From contig NW_024704743.1 of NCBI RefSeq assembly GCF_018977255.1, forward strand, positions 27,406,001 through 27,470,000: a stretch of DNA of 64,000 nt, read 5' to 3'. Shown here piece after piece: positions 23,676-36,470 of the stretch. The notes below the pieces were generated by a model. The model had not been told where the DNA came from. It ran no database searches and worked only from the letters and a program-made list of their open reading frames with translations. Positions within the stretch are counted from its first letter, which is position 1, and each line of letters starts with the position of its first letter. Origin of the DNA: Callorhinchus milii (Eukaryota). Made by a program: the position numbers and the translations under genes.

Positions 23676-23825
23676 GTAGGAGCAGGAGTAGGCCATTCGA
23701 CCCTTCGAGCCTGCCCCAACATTCAATCATGGCTGATCTTCTATTATAAATCCAGCTAATAAGATAACCCTGCCTTATCCCCATATCCCTTAATCCCTTA
23801 ATTATCTTATCCTTAACCAAAATCT
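23676..23825 (-). mobile_element. CR1 LINE 3' end
   Basis: GTAGGAGCAGGAGTAGGCCATTCGACCCTTCGAGCCTG matches the 3' end of the CR1 at 58280. Confidence 0.8.
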
Positions 23826-24623
23826 TCCCAGCATGGATCCCAAAGAGAGAAACAACCAAAGAAGCGAAGGGAATAATTGAAAAGGCTACTTTAATAACCC
23901 TTACATTTTTTTGTTGAGTATCTTAAGTAGTTTTATCATTTTCCACTTTTTTTCAGTTTACGACATTTTAAAGTAAACTAATATTTGATATGCAAAGCTC
24001 TGGTTATTTATTGGAGAGACAAATGAAGTATTAGTGAGGCAAAAATTGCTGTATTTCTAAATCTTCCATTTCTTATTTCAGGAACAAGAGCATGTTGTGC
24101 CCCTCACCAGGTAAATGGTTTGCTCCGCTCAAAATCATCTCTTAACAGGATTCATTAACAAGGAAACCAAGTCAAGCAAATAGGGACTCCTTCTGGTCAA
24201 TTGAACTAAGTTACCCTGAGCTATCTATTTCCAGAGTAGAGTTCCTCGGGATTGAGAGAAATTCTTGCAGGATTCAATGAGACTCTTATTAAAGAATCTA
24301 TTTAAGAAATATTACAAATTCCACCTTTATATTGCAGAGCAGAATTGTACAGAAAGCCTGCACATGAAAATATTCTGAAACTATCATTTTTTCCAGACTT
24401 TTGGGATAATATTTACAGAAAAGATGTCACTCCTTCCATTATTTACTATTGTTTAATGTCTGAAATATATGAGATGTATTGCATTAAAATTAACATGGAG
24501 ATGCTATCTTGCGTGAAAGGCACTATGTAAATACAGGTCATTGTTGTTGTTGCATGTCCCATGACCTTTAGCGCCTTTATATGTATACTTTTATTGTTAG
24601 TAGCACGTCCATAACTTACATCT

Positions 24624-24818
24624 GGAGTCCTGTAGCTTAGTGGTTAGAACAATTGCCTTGCAGGCGAGGGGACCTGGGTTCGATTCCAGGGCAGGGCAAA
24701 GAGTTGGGCAAGTTTCCTTACTCTACACACCTCTGTTTACCTAGCAGTAAGCAGGAACCCAGCTCTTAGTCGATTGGCGGATTGCTTTTCTGAGGGTAAT
24801 AATCCCTTCAAAAAAAAT
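24624..24818 (+). mobile_element. SINE family A, 5' half
   Basis: GGAGTCCTGTAGCTTAGTGG..GGTTCGATTCC..GGGCAAGTTTCCTTACTC..CTCTGTTTACCTAGCAGTAAG. Confidence 0.85.
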
Positions 24819-27800
24819 TTATAACTAAATTTTATAAAAATAAATAATAATAATCCTTACATTTAGTATACTTCTTTCATGTCAGCAGAATGTCACAAAT
24901 CACTTCACATGATACACTGTAAAGTGCCGTGACTGTGTATTCTGGGTGAATGTGTTGTACTAAGTGCAACAAGAAGGCAGTAAGGCAAAGAAAATAAAAA
25001 GAAGAAGCATGACTGAAACCCTACAGTCTGGTTTTGGTCTACCCAGTGGTTAGCATTCATCACAATGTCACTTAGTGTAAATGCTGTTTTGAAATATGAT
25101 TTTCAGTATTATGATTCATTTCCCCAATTTGACTTAATTCAAAGTCATTAGGATTCATGTCCATTAATAAAATCAGCAGCCTCTTTAATGGCAATCTATT
25201 ATAATTTAGGACGGACAGGCCCACTGCTAAAATATTCACTTTTGCCCACGTTACCCACCAAATGTCTAAGGTTATAATATTGTTATTTGTTATGCAGCTT
25301 AATGAGGACAAAGCCTCTTTTATATCTAAAATGGAAGAAGAAAATAAAGTAAATGTACAAGTAAGATTGAAAGGTTTTAGCTGTTACCTCAAAGAGTATG
25401 TGTTTAATATCCATTAATTCAAAAAGCTACTGAAGAAAGAATCAGTTCACAGAGATGTGGCTTGGAATTCAGGCAAGAAATCAATAGCTGGGTTAGTCTC
25501 CAGTAATGAGACACCAATTTTAATGTCTGTTTCATCTTGCATTCAAAACAGGCCCTAAATATGTCAATAATGTTTTCTGTGATGTGAAATACAGTGGCAT
25601 TAAAATCTGTTTTGTGCACATTGATCCATGAAAGTATCAAGGGCTATATTTTTGGCTTTTGTGAGTTTAGCAAGCACATGAAATTGTGTGATTGTGTAGT
25701 GCCTTATATATCCCTTTGCTTGAAAGAACTGGTGAAGGTACGACAAAGAATGATAATCGTATTAAAAGATCTCAGCTTATTTGGAAACACAAAATAGGTG
25801 GAATAGTATTATTTTCAAAGGGTAGATATCCACTGCTTCCCAGATGTACAATATTTGCAGCAAAAAGCTAAATATAAATGCTACTTAAACGAGTATTGAT
25901 TCAACACTCTGATCAATGCAGGAGCAACCTGCCTAATAGAATTTGACATTGCCAACTGCCTAATGAATGGGTGTCACATACTGGAATTTGGAAGATCTCA
26001 TTGGTATAAAAGTTCACCAGTGCCATTGATGCTTGGTTTTCACTTGCTTTTACTGCTAGAGGTCCAGAGAAAACAGTCCTTGGTGATGAGCACTAGAATC
26101 CTGAAAAAAAGTCCTACGGTTTCTAGAGTTTGTTTTCTTCCTTTCTCTCTGTTACTTCAGCCAGTGACAAAAATAAAAAGCCTCAGTTGCTAATGTGCAA
26201 ATAGCACTGGTGCGATTAAAGGGGTGTATTTTATGTTGACAGCTAAAATAGTGATCTTGTCACCATTGAAACCAGGGACCAAAATGCAATGATTTCAAAC
26301 CCTGAGAAAGAGAATGCATAATTTGCTAAGAGTTTAGGCATAGGCTTCAATGGGTCTAAACTTGAAGTGTTCACGTCTTATATCAAATGTGGTCAGATTT
26401 CTTCCTGGTCATGCCTCCTTTTTAATGAGATTCTCAATACATCTTAGACACAAGGACTCATATTTTGCACATGGGCAAGTACTGACCTTGAGATCTAAAG
26501 GTGTGTTATGCAAAAGCCTACTGCATTCTAAAAATATGTTTACAAATTATGCAGATATGAATTTGTGCTTGCCTGAATGTAATGAGAAAAACTCATTAAA
26601 ACTATCTGAACTGAAATGCTTTTAATTCATGTTTTAGTCTGCTGCGGATTTTACATGGGCAGAAACTGGTTGTATCTTCCACTGTGTGTCTGTAGGCTAT
26701 GCTCCAGTTGTAAAATAATTATCTGAATTTGAAAGTACTGAAGTGAGAGTAGATTTGTCAGCGAAAAATTAAATTTCTGGCTTCAGGGATTTGGTTCCAC
26801 TAAATGTCCTGTGTGTGTGGGCAATTTCCAGTTCGGTCTACCTTATAATTTGCAGTATAAACAACACAGGCTGCACTGGTAAGGGATCCTCCCAAATACA
26901 GGGTGACTTGTGGGCTCCAGAATCTGTTTAGGCTGGATTCAAAGTGAAAATAGGATCATCCTGGATCCAGCCGCAGTATAAATTGAGAACTCGCCACACA
27001 TCATAAATAAAATGTCTCATTATGCATCGAAAAGAGCATTTCGCCAACTGTAAAGGGAAGATAGTGATTATAGTTTTAAAATTCTAATTGGTGCATAGTG
27101 ACTGAATTTTTGTAGGCAATTTGCTCCACAAAGAATCAGAAAGTGAATGACCATTATTTTAATCTGGGAGAATTGTTGGCCAGGTTACTAGAATAAACAC
27201 CTTTCTGTTTTTGAATAGTACAATGGATCTTTAATGTCATTCTGGACAGGTAAACAAAACCTCAATTTAATGTCTCATTCGAAGGACGGGACCTCTGATT
27301 ATGCAACATTCCACCACTTCCCTGCACTGCACTGGAGTGTCAGACTAGACTAAGCGAGAACGTCACCAACTGATCCAGGTTGACACTTGGTGACAAGGCT
27401 AAAAGCACTACAATTCTTGTGATGAAAAATGTGCTATCTGATATGATATTTATCAGAATGTGGGACATTCCCACTCTAAAGATATCCCGCTCCTCTGGTT
27501 TACATCATAGAGCGGCTCCCACCCTGAGCAATGCAGGCACCAAAACCGTTGCAATTGATCAATGATTGCGGAGCTACAAAAGTCCTGTCATATGAATGGT
27601 TGCGCAGCATTTATGTATTGGCTAATAGAATTATTAGGTATTGTGGTTAATATGTCTTAAAGATTTCCTATCCTGACTCCAATGACACAGAATGAAAGAA
27701 GTAGCAGCGTGTGAAGAAAAATGGCCATCCCATGTTGAATTAAGATTTTATACAGCCTCATGTTCACCACTTGCAACAAACAGATCATCTTGTATTAAGG

Positions 27801-27919
27801 TTAAATTTAAAAGGTTTGAGGTGTGACAGGAAGCCCTCTGGGAAAAACAAACAGTTGTAACTTGCATTTGGATGTCTACTATGAATGCTGATCTTCCAGC
27901 AGATTAGCCTTGCCCAGGT

Positions 27920-28165
27920 AGCTTTCTTTTGGTCAGCTGGGTGCCTGACACATGCAGAGACCCATCACTAAGAGTATCTAAACCAGAGTTCCATGCATCC
28001 CATCTATACATAGATATTCCAGAGATGTTTATTGGAACGGAACACACACTCTCTCTCTGGAGGGATGCATTCTGCTTACCTAACTCTGGAAAGTATTAGG
28101 CACAGGTTGGCAAGAGCCAAGGCTTGGGGACTCCAGAGTGCGTGTTAGGGTACAGCGGGAGTCTG
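27920..28165. repeat. Unclassified dispersed repeat, copy B (left part; continues at 29302-29460 beyond an L2 insertion)
   Basis: Aligns with 2165-2235 (GGTCAGC..TGACACATGC..TAAGAG..AAACCAGA) and with 17700-17832. Confidence 0.7.
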
Positions 28166-28174
28166 TGTTGTCAT

Positions 28175-29301
28175 CACCAACAACTTGCATTTATATAGCG
28201 CCCCACATGCAGGGTAGCATCCCAGAGCGCTTGACAGTGACAGAGCATGACTCCGAGCCGAGGGTGGGAGGTGACCATAAGCACAGTTGAATAGGAAGGT
28301 CTTCAAGTGCTACCTGAAAATGGGAAAGGAAGGGGCAAAGCGGAGGGATAGAGGAAGAGTATTCCAGAGTTTCGGGGCCCAGTGGCTGAAAGAGTAGCCA
28401 CCAATGGTAGAACGAAGGGCTTGGGGGAAGTAACAGAAGGCCGGAGCCAGTCGAGCGGTGCCAGCAGATTGTGGATTGTGGGATAATCAGGTTGGAGAGT
28501 TATGGACGTACCAGGGCCTGAAGGAATTTGAAAACGAGTGTGACGATTTTGAAATCAACCCATTCGGTGATGGGGAGCGAGTGGACCCTGGATGGAACTG
28601 GTGTAATGTGGGTACAAAGCTTAGTACAGGTGAGTATGCGGGCAGCGGAGTCAGCTGGATCCTGTAAATGGTGGAGTTGGGGAGATCAGCAAAGAAGGCA
28701 TTTTAGAAGTCCAGTTGGGAGGTGATGAACACCTGGACGAGTATTTTGGCTAGATCTGGGGTAAGCTATGGTTGGAGATGGGCAATGTGGTGGAGATGAA
28801 GGAAGGCGGTCCTGGTCAGGGACTGGATGTGGGAATGAAAGGATAGCTGTGGGTCCAACCTGACACCTAGGTTGCGCACTGGTTTGGTGAGTCTGAGGGA
28901 TAGGCCTGGGATGTTAAGGAGGTCAGAGCCACAGGATAGAAGACATTAATGGGAGCCAATGATTATGGCTTCCATCTTGTCAACATTGAGTTGTTTGATG
29001 TTTTCGCTCATCCAGGCCCTGATGTCCGCTAGACAAGCTGAGAGAAAATCAGCAGACCTGGAGTCGTAGCTGGAGGAGGATAAGTAGATTTGCATGTCAT
29101 CCGCATACATGCGGAAGTTTATCCCAATGTCTGCGGAACACATCGCCAAGAGGGAGCATATAGAAGAGGAAGAAAAGGGGCCCAAGGATGGAGTTCTAGG
29201 GTATACACCACATGTGACCAGGCAGAGAAAGAAGGAGAAACTGTTTGAGGAGATGAAGTGAAGGCGGTTTGTTAGGTAGGATTCAAACCAGGATAGTGCC
29301 A
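28175..29301 (-). mobile_element. L2 LINE RT and 3' end, about 1.1 kb
   Basis: LSWFESYLTNR..LGPF..MYADDMQIYLS..CLADIRAWMSENIKQLNVDKMEAI; tail GCTATATAAATGCAAGTTGTTG. Confidence 0.92.
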
Positions 29302-29907
29302 ACTACTGAGGTGGATGACGAAGGAGAGGCCCTGGAGCCATGCATTGAGTACTGCAGACGTGCCTGGCTTAGGAACTACACAACTGAGACCACCACAAAG
29401 AATGGGCTTGATTCCAAAATTTGGTTGCCAAACATGTCACTTTTGGACCCAGTTCAGCTTCAATGAGACATTGCTTACCTTCTCCCAATGAGGATAGTCA
29501 TGCATTGCACATTTGACATCTGACAGGCATGGGTTTGAGGCCTCACTAGGTGGATAGCAGGTACCAGGCACTGCCTGCAAGCTTCCAATTGGGCAGCACA
29601 GCTCAGCATGAAATGTATAAGAGCATTGGCACTATCTTCCTGTCTGGAGCTTGAACACACTTCACTTCCTATTTAATGATGGTTCCAAACTTGGAAGTGC
29701 GGAACTGGAGCAGAAACTGCTTACATCTCTGCAAACCAAAAATAGATTCCAAGCCTATATAAACATGCATGAACAAACCCATACTCCAGGTATCACCTGG
29801 AGCTCCAGACAACTTTAAGTAAGCAACTTGCATTGTCTCCCAGGAAGTCTGTTGAGCAATGTTTGTGCTGAGATATGTGTGTAATAATAATGATCCTTGT
29901 ATTTGAT

Positions 29908-29948
29908 ATATCACCTTATCCTAAGTCCGACTTAGGATAAGGTGATAT
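29908..29948. repeat. Perfect palindrome (20-bp arms, 1-nt spacer) inside a SINE tail
   Basis: ATATCACCTTATCCTAAGTC-C-GACTTAGGATAAGGTGATAT. Confidence 0.95.
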
Positions 29949-30237
29949 CTCAAAGCGCTTCACAGGATATACTGTAAAATATTCATCCCCAGTGATTTTA
30001 TCAAAGACCTGTGACCTAGAAAACAAAGTTATTTCTCTGAAGGCCCAGTCTGACAGGGATGCAATAAGTTGTTTGCCTCCGAAGCAATAGCTTTTCTTTC
30101 AGAACTCAATCCTGCACAAACAATTTACCTGACTAGAAATCGGGTTTTGCCAAATCCATAGTTCTCTAGTTCTCACCGGAATAGTTACATTGGAGAAAAA
30201 CTAGTAATGACGTGAATGCAATTTAATGTTTTATTCC

Positions 30238-30592
30238 GGCTCAGTTGGTAGGACTCTCATCTCTGAGTCAGACAATTGTGGATTCAAGCCTCACGTCAGG
30301 ACTTAACTTCACATAGTCTAAGCTGACAATGCAGTGCTGTGTGTATGGGGGGGGACAGGAGGGGTAAAAATGCTGGATTTGGATTGTCAGAGGTGCCATC
30401 CTTTGGATGAGACATTAAACCAAGGTCCCATCTGCCTGCTCAGTTGGATGTTAAACATCTTTTGGCAATTTTTGAAGAGAGAAGGGAGTTTCTCCCAGTT
30501 TGCTGGCCAACAATCCCCCCAAATAAATGTATTTCATGTCTGTTTGAGGGACATTGCTGCCTACAAATACATAGTCACTCTGCTTCACAGTA
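30238..30592 (+). mobile_element. SINE family B
   Basis: GGCTCAGTTGGTAGGACTCTCATCTCTGAGTCAG head; GAGGTGCCATCCTTTGGATGAGACATTAAACCAAGG body. Confidence 0.85.
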
Positions 30593-30653
30593 AAACATCA
30601 CCAGTCTGACTACATATTTTGCGGGCAAATGTGGCAGCCAATTTGCTCACAGC

Positions 30654-31015
30654 AATAATAATAATAATCCTTGCATTTGATATAGCGCTTTTCACGTCGG
30701 GAGGACGTCCCAAAGCGCTTCACAGAGTACACTGTAAAGTGAATTGACTGTATATTTGTGGGCAAACGCGGTAGCCAATTTGCTCACAGCAATGTCCCAC
30801 AGGGCCATGAAATAAATGTTTATCTGGAGAATTCTTGTCCAGGAACAAGTAAGTGAGACCTCAGATTAACAACTCTTCCAAAGGACAGAACTTCCAACAA
30901 TGTAGTTTGATTAAAGCATTGGCCTAGCCATAGACTATTACCTCAAAGTCACACCTTGGTCTTGAATCTACAACCATCTGACCTGGAGGCAATAGTGCTA
31001 CCAATTGAGCCAAGC
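30654..31015 (-). mobile_element. Chimeric SINE: old family-B head with a young family-A tail
   Basis: Head GGCTCAATTGGTAGCACTATTGCCTC on the minus strand near 31010; tail 30654-30772 nearly identical to young copies; 21-bp duplication flanks the young part. Confidence 0.75.
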
Positions 31016-31239
31016 CGCCAACTAAGAATTAATCTTTGTCAGAAGCAGGATGCCTGCCGTCCTTCAAAATATTTCTCATATACTCATTTGCATTTCTCAG
31101 GCAACCATTTGTGTTTTGTTTGCATTTTGTCCACAAAATATACAGTCAAATCACTTTACAATATATTCTGCGAAGGGCTTTGAGATGTCTCGAAGCCGTG
31201 GTAAGGCACTATATCAAATACAAGGATTATTATTATAAT

Positions 31240-31400
31240 AGACTAGTTAGCAAAATTGAAGCCCATGGGACAAAAGGGACAGCGGCAGCATGGATATGAA
31301 ATTGGCTGGGAGACAGAAAGCAGAGGGAAGGCATGACTATTAAATGTGGAGAACAGGCAAGAAGCAGAACTATTACATGGCGTCCCAATAGTAAAGACTA
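31240..31400 (+). mobile_element. CR1 LINE RT fragment
   Basis: RLVSKIEAHGTKGTAAAWI*NWLGDRKQR matches CR1 'RLL.KI.AHGI.G....WI.NWL..RKQRV'. Confidence 0.75.
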
Positions 31401-31652
31401 CAATTAGCCATGAGAGAGCTAAACTGTTAGATGCAGTAGCTACGGGGTACTTGCTATAGGACTTGTAATGAAACACAGAAGACTATTTACTGTTGACGCA
31501 ATACTATAGCAAGTACTAGCACCATAGTATTTACAGCACAGGAGGGTGCTCAGCCCATCAAACGTATGCTGATGTTGGTTTCTGCACTGAAGGTAGCTAT
31601 TCAATTCACAATTCCCTGAGCCACCCGCACCACCCCACTCCTTTTTTACATT

Positions 31653-32037
31653 AATAATAATAATCCTTGCATTTGATATAGTGCCTTATCACATATAGTG
31701 TCTCAAAGCACTTCACAGAACATACTGTAAAGTGAACTGACTGCATGCCTTATGGGTGAAATGCGCCTGTCAATTGTGCACAGCTGGGTCCCATACACAA
31801 AAAGTCTTGGATTGAGTGGCCAAATCATTATTATTATTTTAAAAAAATTTTTGAAGGGCTTATTACCCCTGGAAAAGCAATTTGCCAATCGACTAAGAAC
31901 CGGGTTCCTACTTACTGCTAGGTAAACAGAGGCATGTGGAGTAAAGAAATATACCCAATGTTTCGCCCTGCCAGGAATCTAACCCAGGTCCTCTCTCCTG
32001 CGAGGCAAGTGCTCTAACCACTGAGCTACAGGACTCT
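31653..32037 (-). mobile_element. SINE family A, long subfamily
   Basis: Ends CTCTAACCACTGAGCTACAGGACTC; begins (TAA)n TCCTTGCATTTGATATAG. Confidence 0.9.
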
Positions 32038-32624
32038 ATTAATGACTAAATTGGCATTTATCAACATTGATGTTTGCTTGGCATCAACTTGTATCGTGAG
32101 GGAATAGAAGTTTTTGTACATGTCACTGAAGGACAGCAACTAAATCTTAATGTGCGCACAGTCTTCCAACCCCAAACCCTGGGAAATCCTTTTACTGCCT
32201 GAACAGCTCTCAGTCATGATTCCTGGTAAAATGGATGAACCTGCCAATCTTCTGGAATGATGCATTATTCAATTCTTAAAAGCCAGTGATCGTGCCAATG
32301 CCACTAATGGTAGTGAAATCATCCCTTTTGCCTCGAATGACCCAGGTAATCAGAAATTGATGTTTGCTGTCAATTTTTTCAGGCACTTAAATGGAACAGA
32401 TACAGTCATTTTGGACCTCACTGAATTGGGTGTGACTAATACAACTCTTCTCACAAAAGCTGTTTTTACATTACCTGCTGAAGCAATCCCAGCTCTGGAT
32501 GCATCTTGGGATGAAAAATGAGAAATTTAGAATACCCTACTTGGAGTAGGATCTCCCTTGCCACATAGAGGAAATCCTCATATAGAGGTGATCGGATTCC
32601 GTAATGAAAAAGCGTGGTTCTAGA

Positions 32625-32910
32625 TCTCTTAGACCCAGCCTCCTGTTTGTCCCTCGCCTCCTTCGCTCCACCATCGGTGGCCGTGCCTTCAGCCACTACG
32701 CCCTGAAACTCTGTATCTCTCTCCCTCTGCCTTGCCCCTCGCTCGCCACCTTCAAATCCCGCCTAAAGACCTTACTTTTTGATCAGTTTACAGTCACTTC
32801 CCCATTCCCTCTCCTCCTGGCTTGGAGTCAGACTCCGCCACTGTCAAGACACTCCAGACACTACCCTTCGTAAAGGGCACTATATGAATGTGAATTGTTG
32901 TTGTTTTTGT
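32625..32910 (+). mobile_element. L2 LINE 3' end
   Basis: LLFVPRLLRSTIGGRAFSHYALKL..FKSRLKTLLF; tail GGGCACTATATGAATGTGAATTGTTGTTG. Confidence 0.85.
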
Positions 32911-33173
32911 TACCTCTTGCTTTGGGCAACTGAGACCAACAAACGTTGTTGATCACCACACTTGTAGGAACCTCTGATGTCATTGTAGACATAATGCATT
33001 AAAATCTGATACACTCACCTAGAAATACATTGCCCTGTAGAGCCATTCTGTGAAATGCCTTGAAACATTTTGTTGACTTGATAAAACGCTTTATCAGATC
33101 ATTATTTTTATTACTGTTTGCCAACGTGCAAAATGACCTTAAAAATTTAATATTGCAAGATCTGCTCCTCAGA

Positions 33174-33492
33174 TAATAATAATAATCCTTGCATTTGATA
33201 TAGCGCTTTTCACGTCAGGAGGACGTCCCAAAGCGCTTCACAGAACACACTGTAAAGTGAATTGACTGTATATTTGTGGGCGAACGCGGCAGCCAATTGC
33301 GCACAGCAATGTCCCACAAACAGTCGTAGATTGAAAATGACCAATTTATTATTGTTTTTTGTTTTGGAGGGATTATTATTAGGCGTGTGGAGTAAGGAAA
33401 CTTGCCCAAGGTTTCGCCCTGACCTGCCTGGAATTGAACTCAGGTCTCTCGCTTGCAAAGCGAGTGCTCTAACCACTGAGCTACAGGACTCC
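33174..33492 (-). mobile_element. SINE family A, young short subfamily
   Basis: Near-identical to 5975-6294 and 50196-50511. Confidence 0.92.
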
Positions 33493-36079
33493 ACAATGAT
33501 AATGATAATGGGGCCCACAAAATACTACAAATTGATTGTGCTGGTTAATTGATTCATATTGGATCCATATTGGTGATAATTAACATATCATGGGAGAGAA
33601 ATTCTATCTGGAACTCTATTTCTGTAGCATTTCAGAGCGTACAGGATTTAAATTCTTCAATTCAGTATTAGCTTCCAAGCCGGTTTTCTGTCGTTCTTAA
33701 AATTGCTTGCAGTAAACACTATGAGAATGTATGTTAAGAAAATAATAAGAATAATCCTTACATTTGGATCAGGAGGGCTCCCCAAAGTGCTTCACAGGCT
33801 ATATTGTTAAGTGTAGTGACTGTATGTTTGTATGTTTGTGGGTGAACGTAACAGTCAATTTGCGCACAGCAATTTCACGCAAAAAGTCGTGAAGGGAATG
33901 ACCATTTTTTTTTATTTAGGAGATTGTTGGCCAAGAGAGAAGAAACTTCCCTTTTCGAATATTGCCATTAGATCTTTAATGTCCACCTGAAGAGCCAGAT
34001 GAGACCTTGGTCTAGACAATGTGAGTTCCAAGTCCCATCTATAAATGGATATAAAGATAGATAGAAGTTTGCCACACAATAGGACAATTTTCATTCCATT
34101 GTAACACATTTTTTTGTAAGACTGATATATCGTCACAATCAAGGTGCCCAGTGGGGTTTAACACCTACTGATTCATAACAGAAATCATTAGTATAGACTC
34201 ACAGGTGCAAATGAGAAACCTTGCTGGCAACAAGAGCCACTTCACACCGACCCACAGGAACTCTGTGATTTATCACCAAGTGCATCAGAATGAGGTTCCT
34301 GCAGATCGGGATCATGCATATTCTGTTACTGGCACAATTCTTAGTTTGTGATAATATTATTGATTTCTGTTGCGAATCATTGTAAATTGGACCCAATTGT
34401 CCTTTGCACAGATCCCACAATGTTGACTTTCTTGCTAAAGCAATGCTGGACACCACAGTCAGAAGGTGATTTAATGTAGACTAGTTATGCTATGGATTTT
34501 GTATCAATGGTTTACCCATTAAATTAATGCAAACTCTTCAGTGTAAATGCAAACATGGAGAGCTATTCCGTAGAGTTGTGGCACAGAGAGGCCACTAAAT
34601 GGATGTGGTCCTTTCTGCTTGGCTTCAGATCAACTGCAGAATACCTGTACAGACAAAGTCCACTACAAACTTTCTAAATTTTAGATTTAAAAAGTTACCA
34701 ACCACCTATTGATTTTTTCATTGTAGAAGGAGTTGGTAGGCATGCTGGTTTCTTACTAGCATTAATAACGTTTTAAGATGTTTCGATGGCATGATTAGGT
34801 CAATGTGATGCTTCGAGGACTGAAATACAAGGATTATTATTATGGCACTTTAACAGTACAAGTATTATATTGTTTCATTACTTACACATAATGAATATAA
34901 AATACATATTGGAAGTTATAATTATTTCAACAAGAGCTAACAATCTCTCCTTCATTCAAGAGAATAAGAAACAAATTACAAAGTTGTGGCACTGATGAAT
35001 TTTAGTTTATGTAAAAGAAACCTTGAGGTGAAACATAATGCATGAAGGAAGATTGTAACCAAAACTAGCTTAGAAACATGGTATGTCTTGGCATTGAGTT
35101 CTTCAAATGTATTAAGCTCTCTTTACCACAATAGTCTTTCCATTCAGGGTGATGTTCCTTCGAGTTCATCTATTAAGTAGAGATGAAGTCCACTACAAAC
35201 TCACTGATCCTTTTCTTATCAAACTAACTTACTTTACAGAATCATGACAACCAATGCATTTATTCAAGAAAACTTCTCTTTGCACCTGGGAACAGTGTTG
35301 CAATTTCCATGTTGGTGAGATTCAGGACAGAGGAGGGTTAAAGCTATATGTATACCACTGCAATAACATGATATGACCCCCGAGCTGTGTGTTAAATGAA
35401 CAGTGTGAAATACTGTTTATTAGTACTGTGGATCCTTCATATATATGTCACAATTTGTCTGTGTGTAGGATGAGCCAACCTTAGAAATTGTAGCTGATTA
35501 CCACTAAAGTCAATTTGTAATGAACTATTCCAGTAGCAGATAAGCCCTTTTGAATAATGTTTAAGGAGAACAAAAATGTCAGGAGTAATATTGCTTTCAA
35601 GCACATTGTAATAGAGAGATGCATTATCCTTGTCTGATATGATGTCTAATTGCAGAGTTCAGAAATTCTGTGTTCCTGATCCTGAATGGCAGATTAGCAG
35701 CAATGGAGCAATTGAACGGTGTAAATTAAATTTCTTTCAATTCTATTCCCACATGGATAGTGGACCACAAAGATGATATTTAGTTGTTAGGATAAGGAGC
35801 TGTACTCAGCAACTTGATCTATAATTCTCATAACAGGTTGCCACTGAATTCCATAAAATTTGCGTAAAGTAATGCAAAGGATAATTAACGATTGGTTGGC
35901 AGGACACATTAAAAAAGAAGCTTGATGCTGTGATCAGGAATGTTAGAGTGCATGTTCTGAAGGGATGAGATCAGATGGGCCGGGATGAAATCATTCTTTA
36001 TCCAGGCCAACCTTATGATCTTTTGAAATGGCTCAGAAAGAAAATATATGATGGCTGGGAGTATAGCTATAAGGTAATG

Positions 36080-36470
36080 CAACAACAACTTACATCTATA
36101 CAGTGCCTTTCACAAAGAATAGTGTCTTGAGAGCTTTACAGTGGTGGGGACAGACACCAGCCAGAAGAGAGAAAGGAGGAAGGAGAAGAAGCTGATCATA
36201 GGTGTGATCGAAGAGGTGAGTTCTAAGGCAAGACTTAACACATTTAGAGAGGGTGAGATGGATGGATCGAGGAAGGGAGTTCCAGAGATTAGGGGAGCAG
36301 AGTTAGAAAGCTTGACCACTGCAGGTAGAGCAAGGGACATGTAGCAAGCTTGAGGCAGCTGAGCAGAGGGGGTGAGCTGAGGAGTGAAGTCGGAGGAGAT
36401 CAGAGAGATAGGGAGGTGCTCAGGAGTGAAGAGATTTATAGATGAAGGTGAGGACCTTGAAATCGATCGT
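36080..36470 (-). mobile_element. L2 LINE 3' fragment
   Basis: CAACAACAACTTACATCTATACAGTGCC tail; GAAGGTGAGGACCTTGAAATCGAT is the antisense of 'IDFKVLTF'. Confidence 0.75.

Noticed and set aside
29479..29668. Minus-strand exon candidate with AAG|GTAAGC donor
   Set aside because: The acceptor lacks a pyrimidine tract and the region abuts a repeat.
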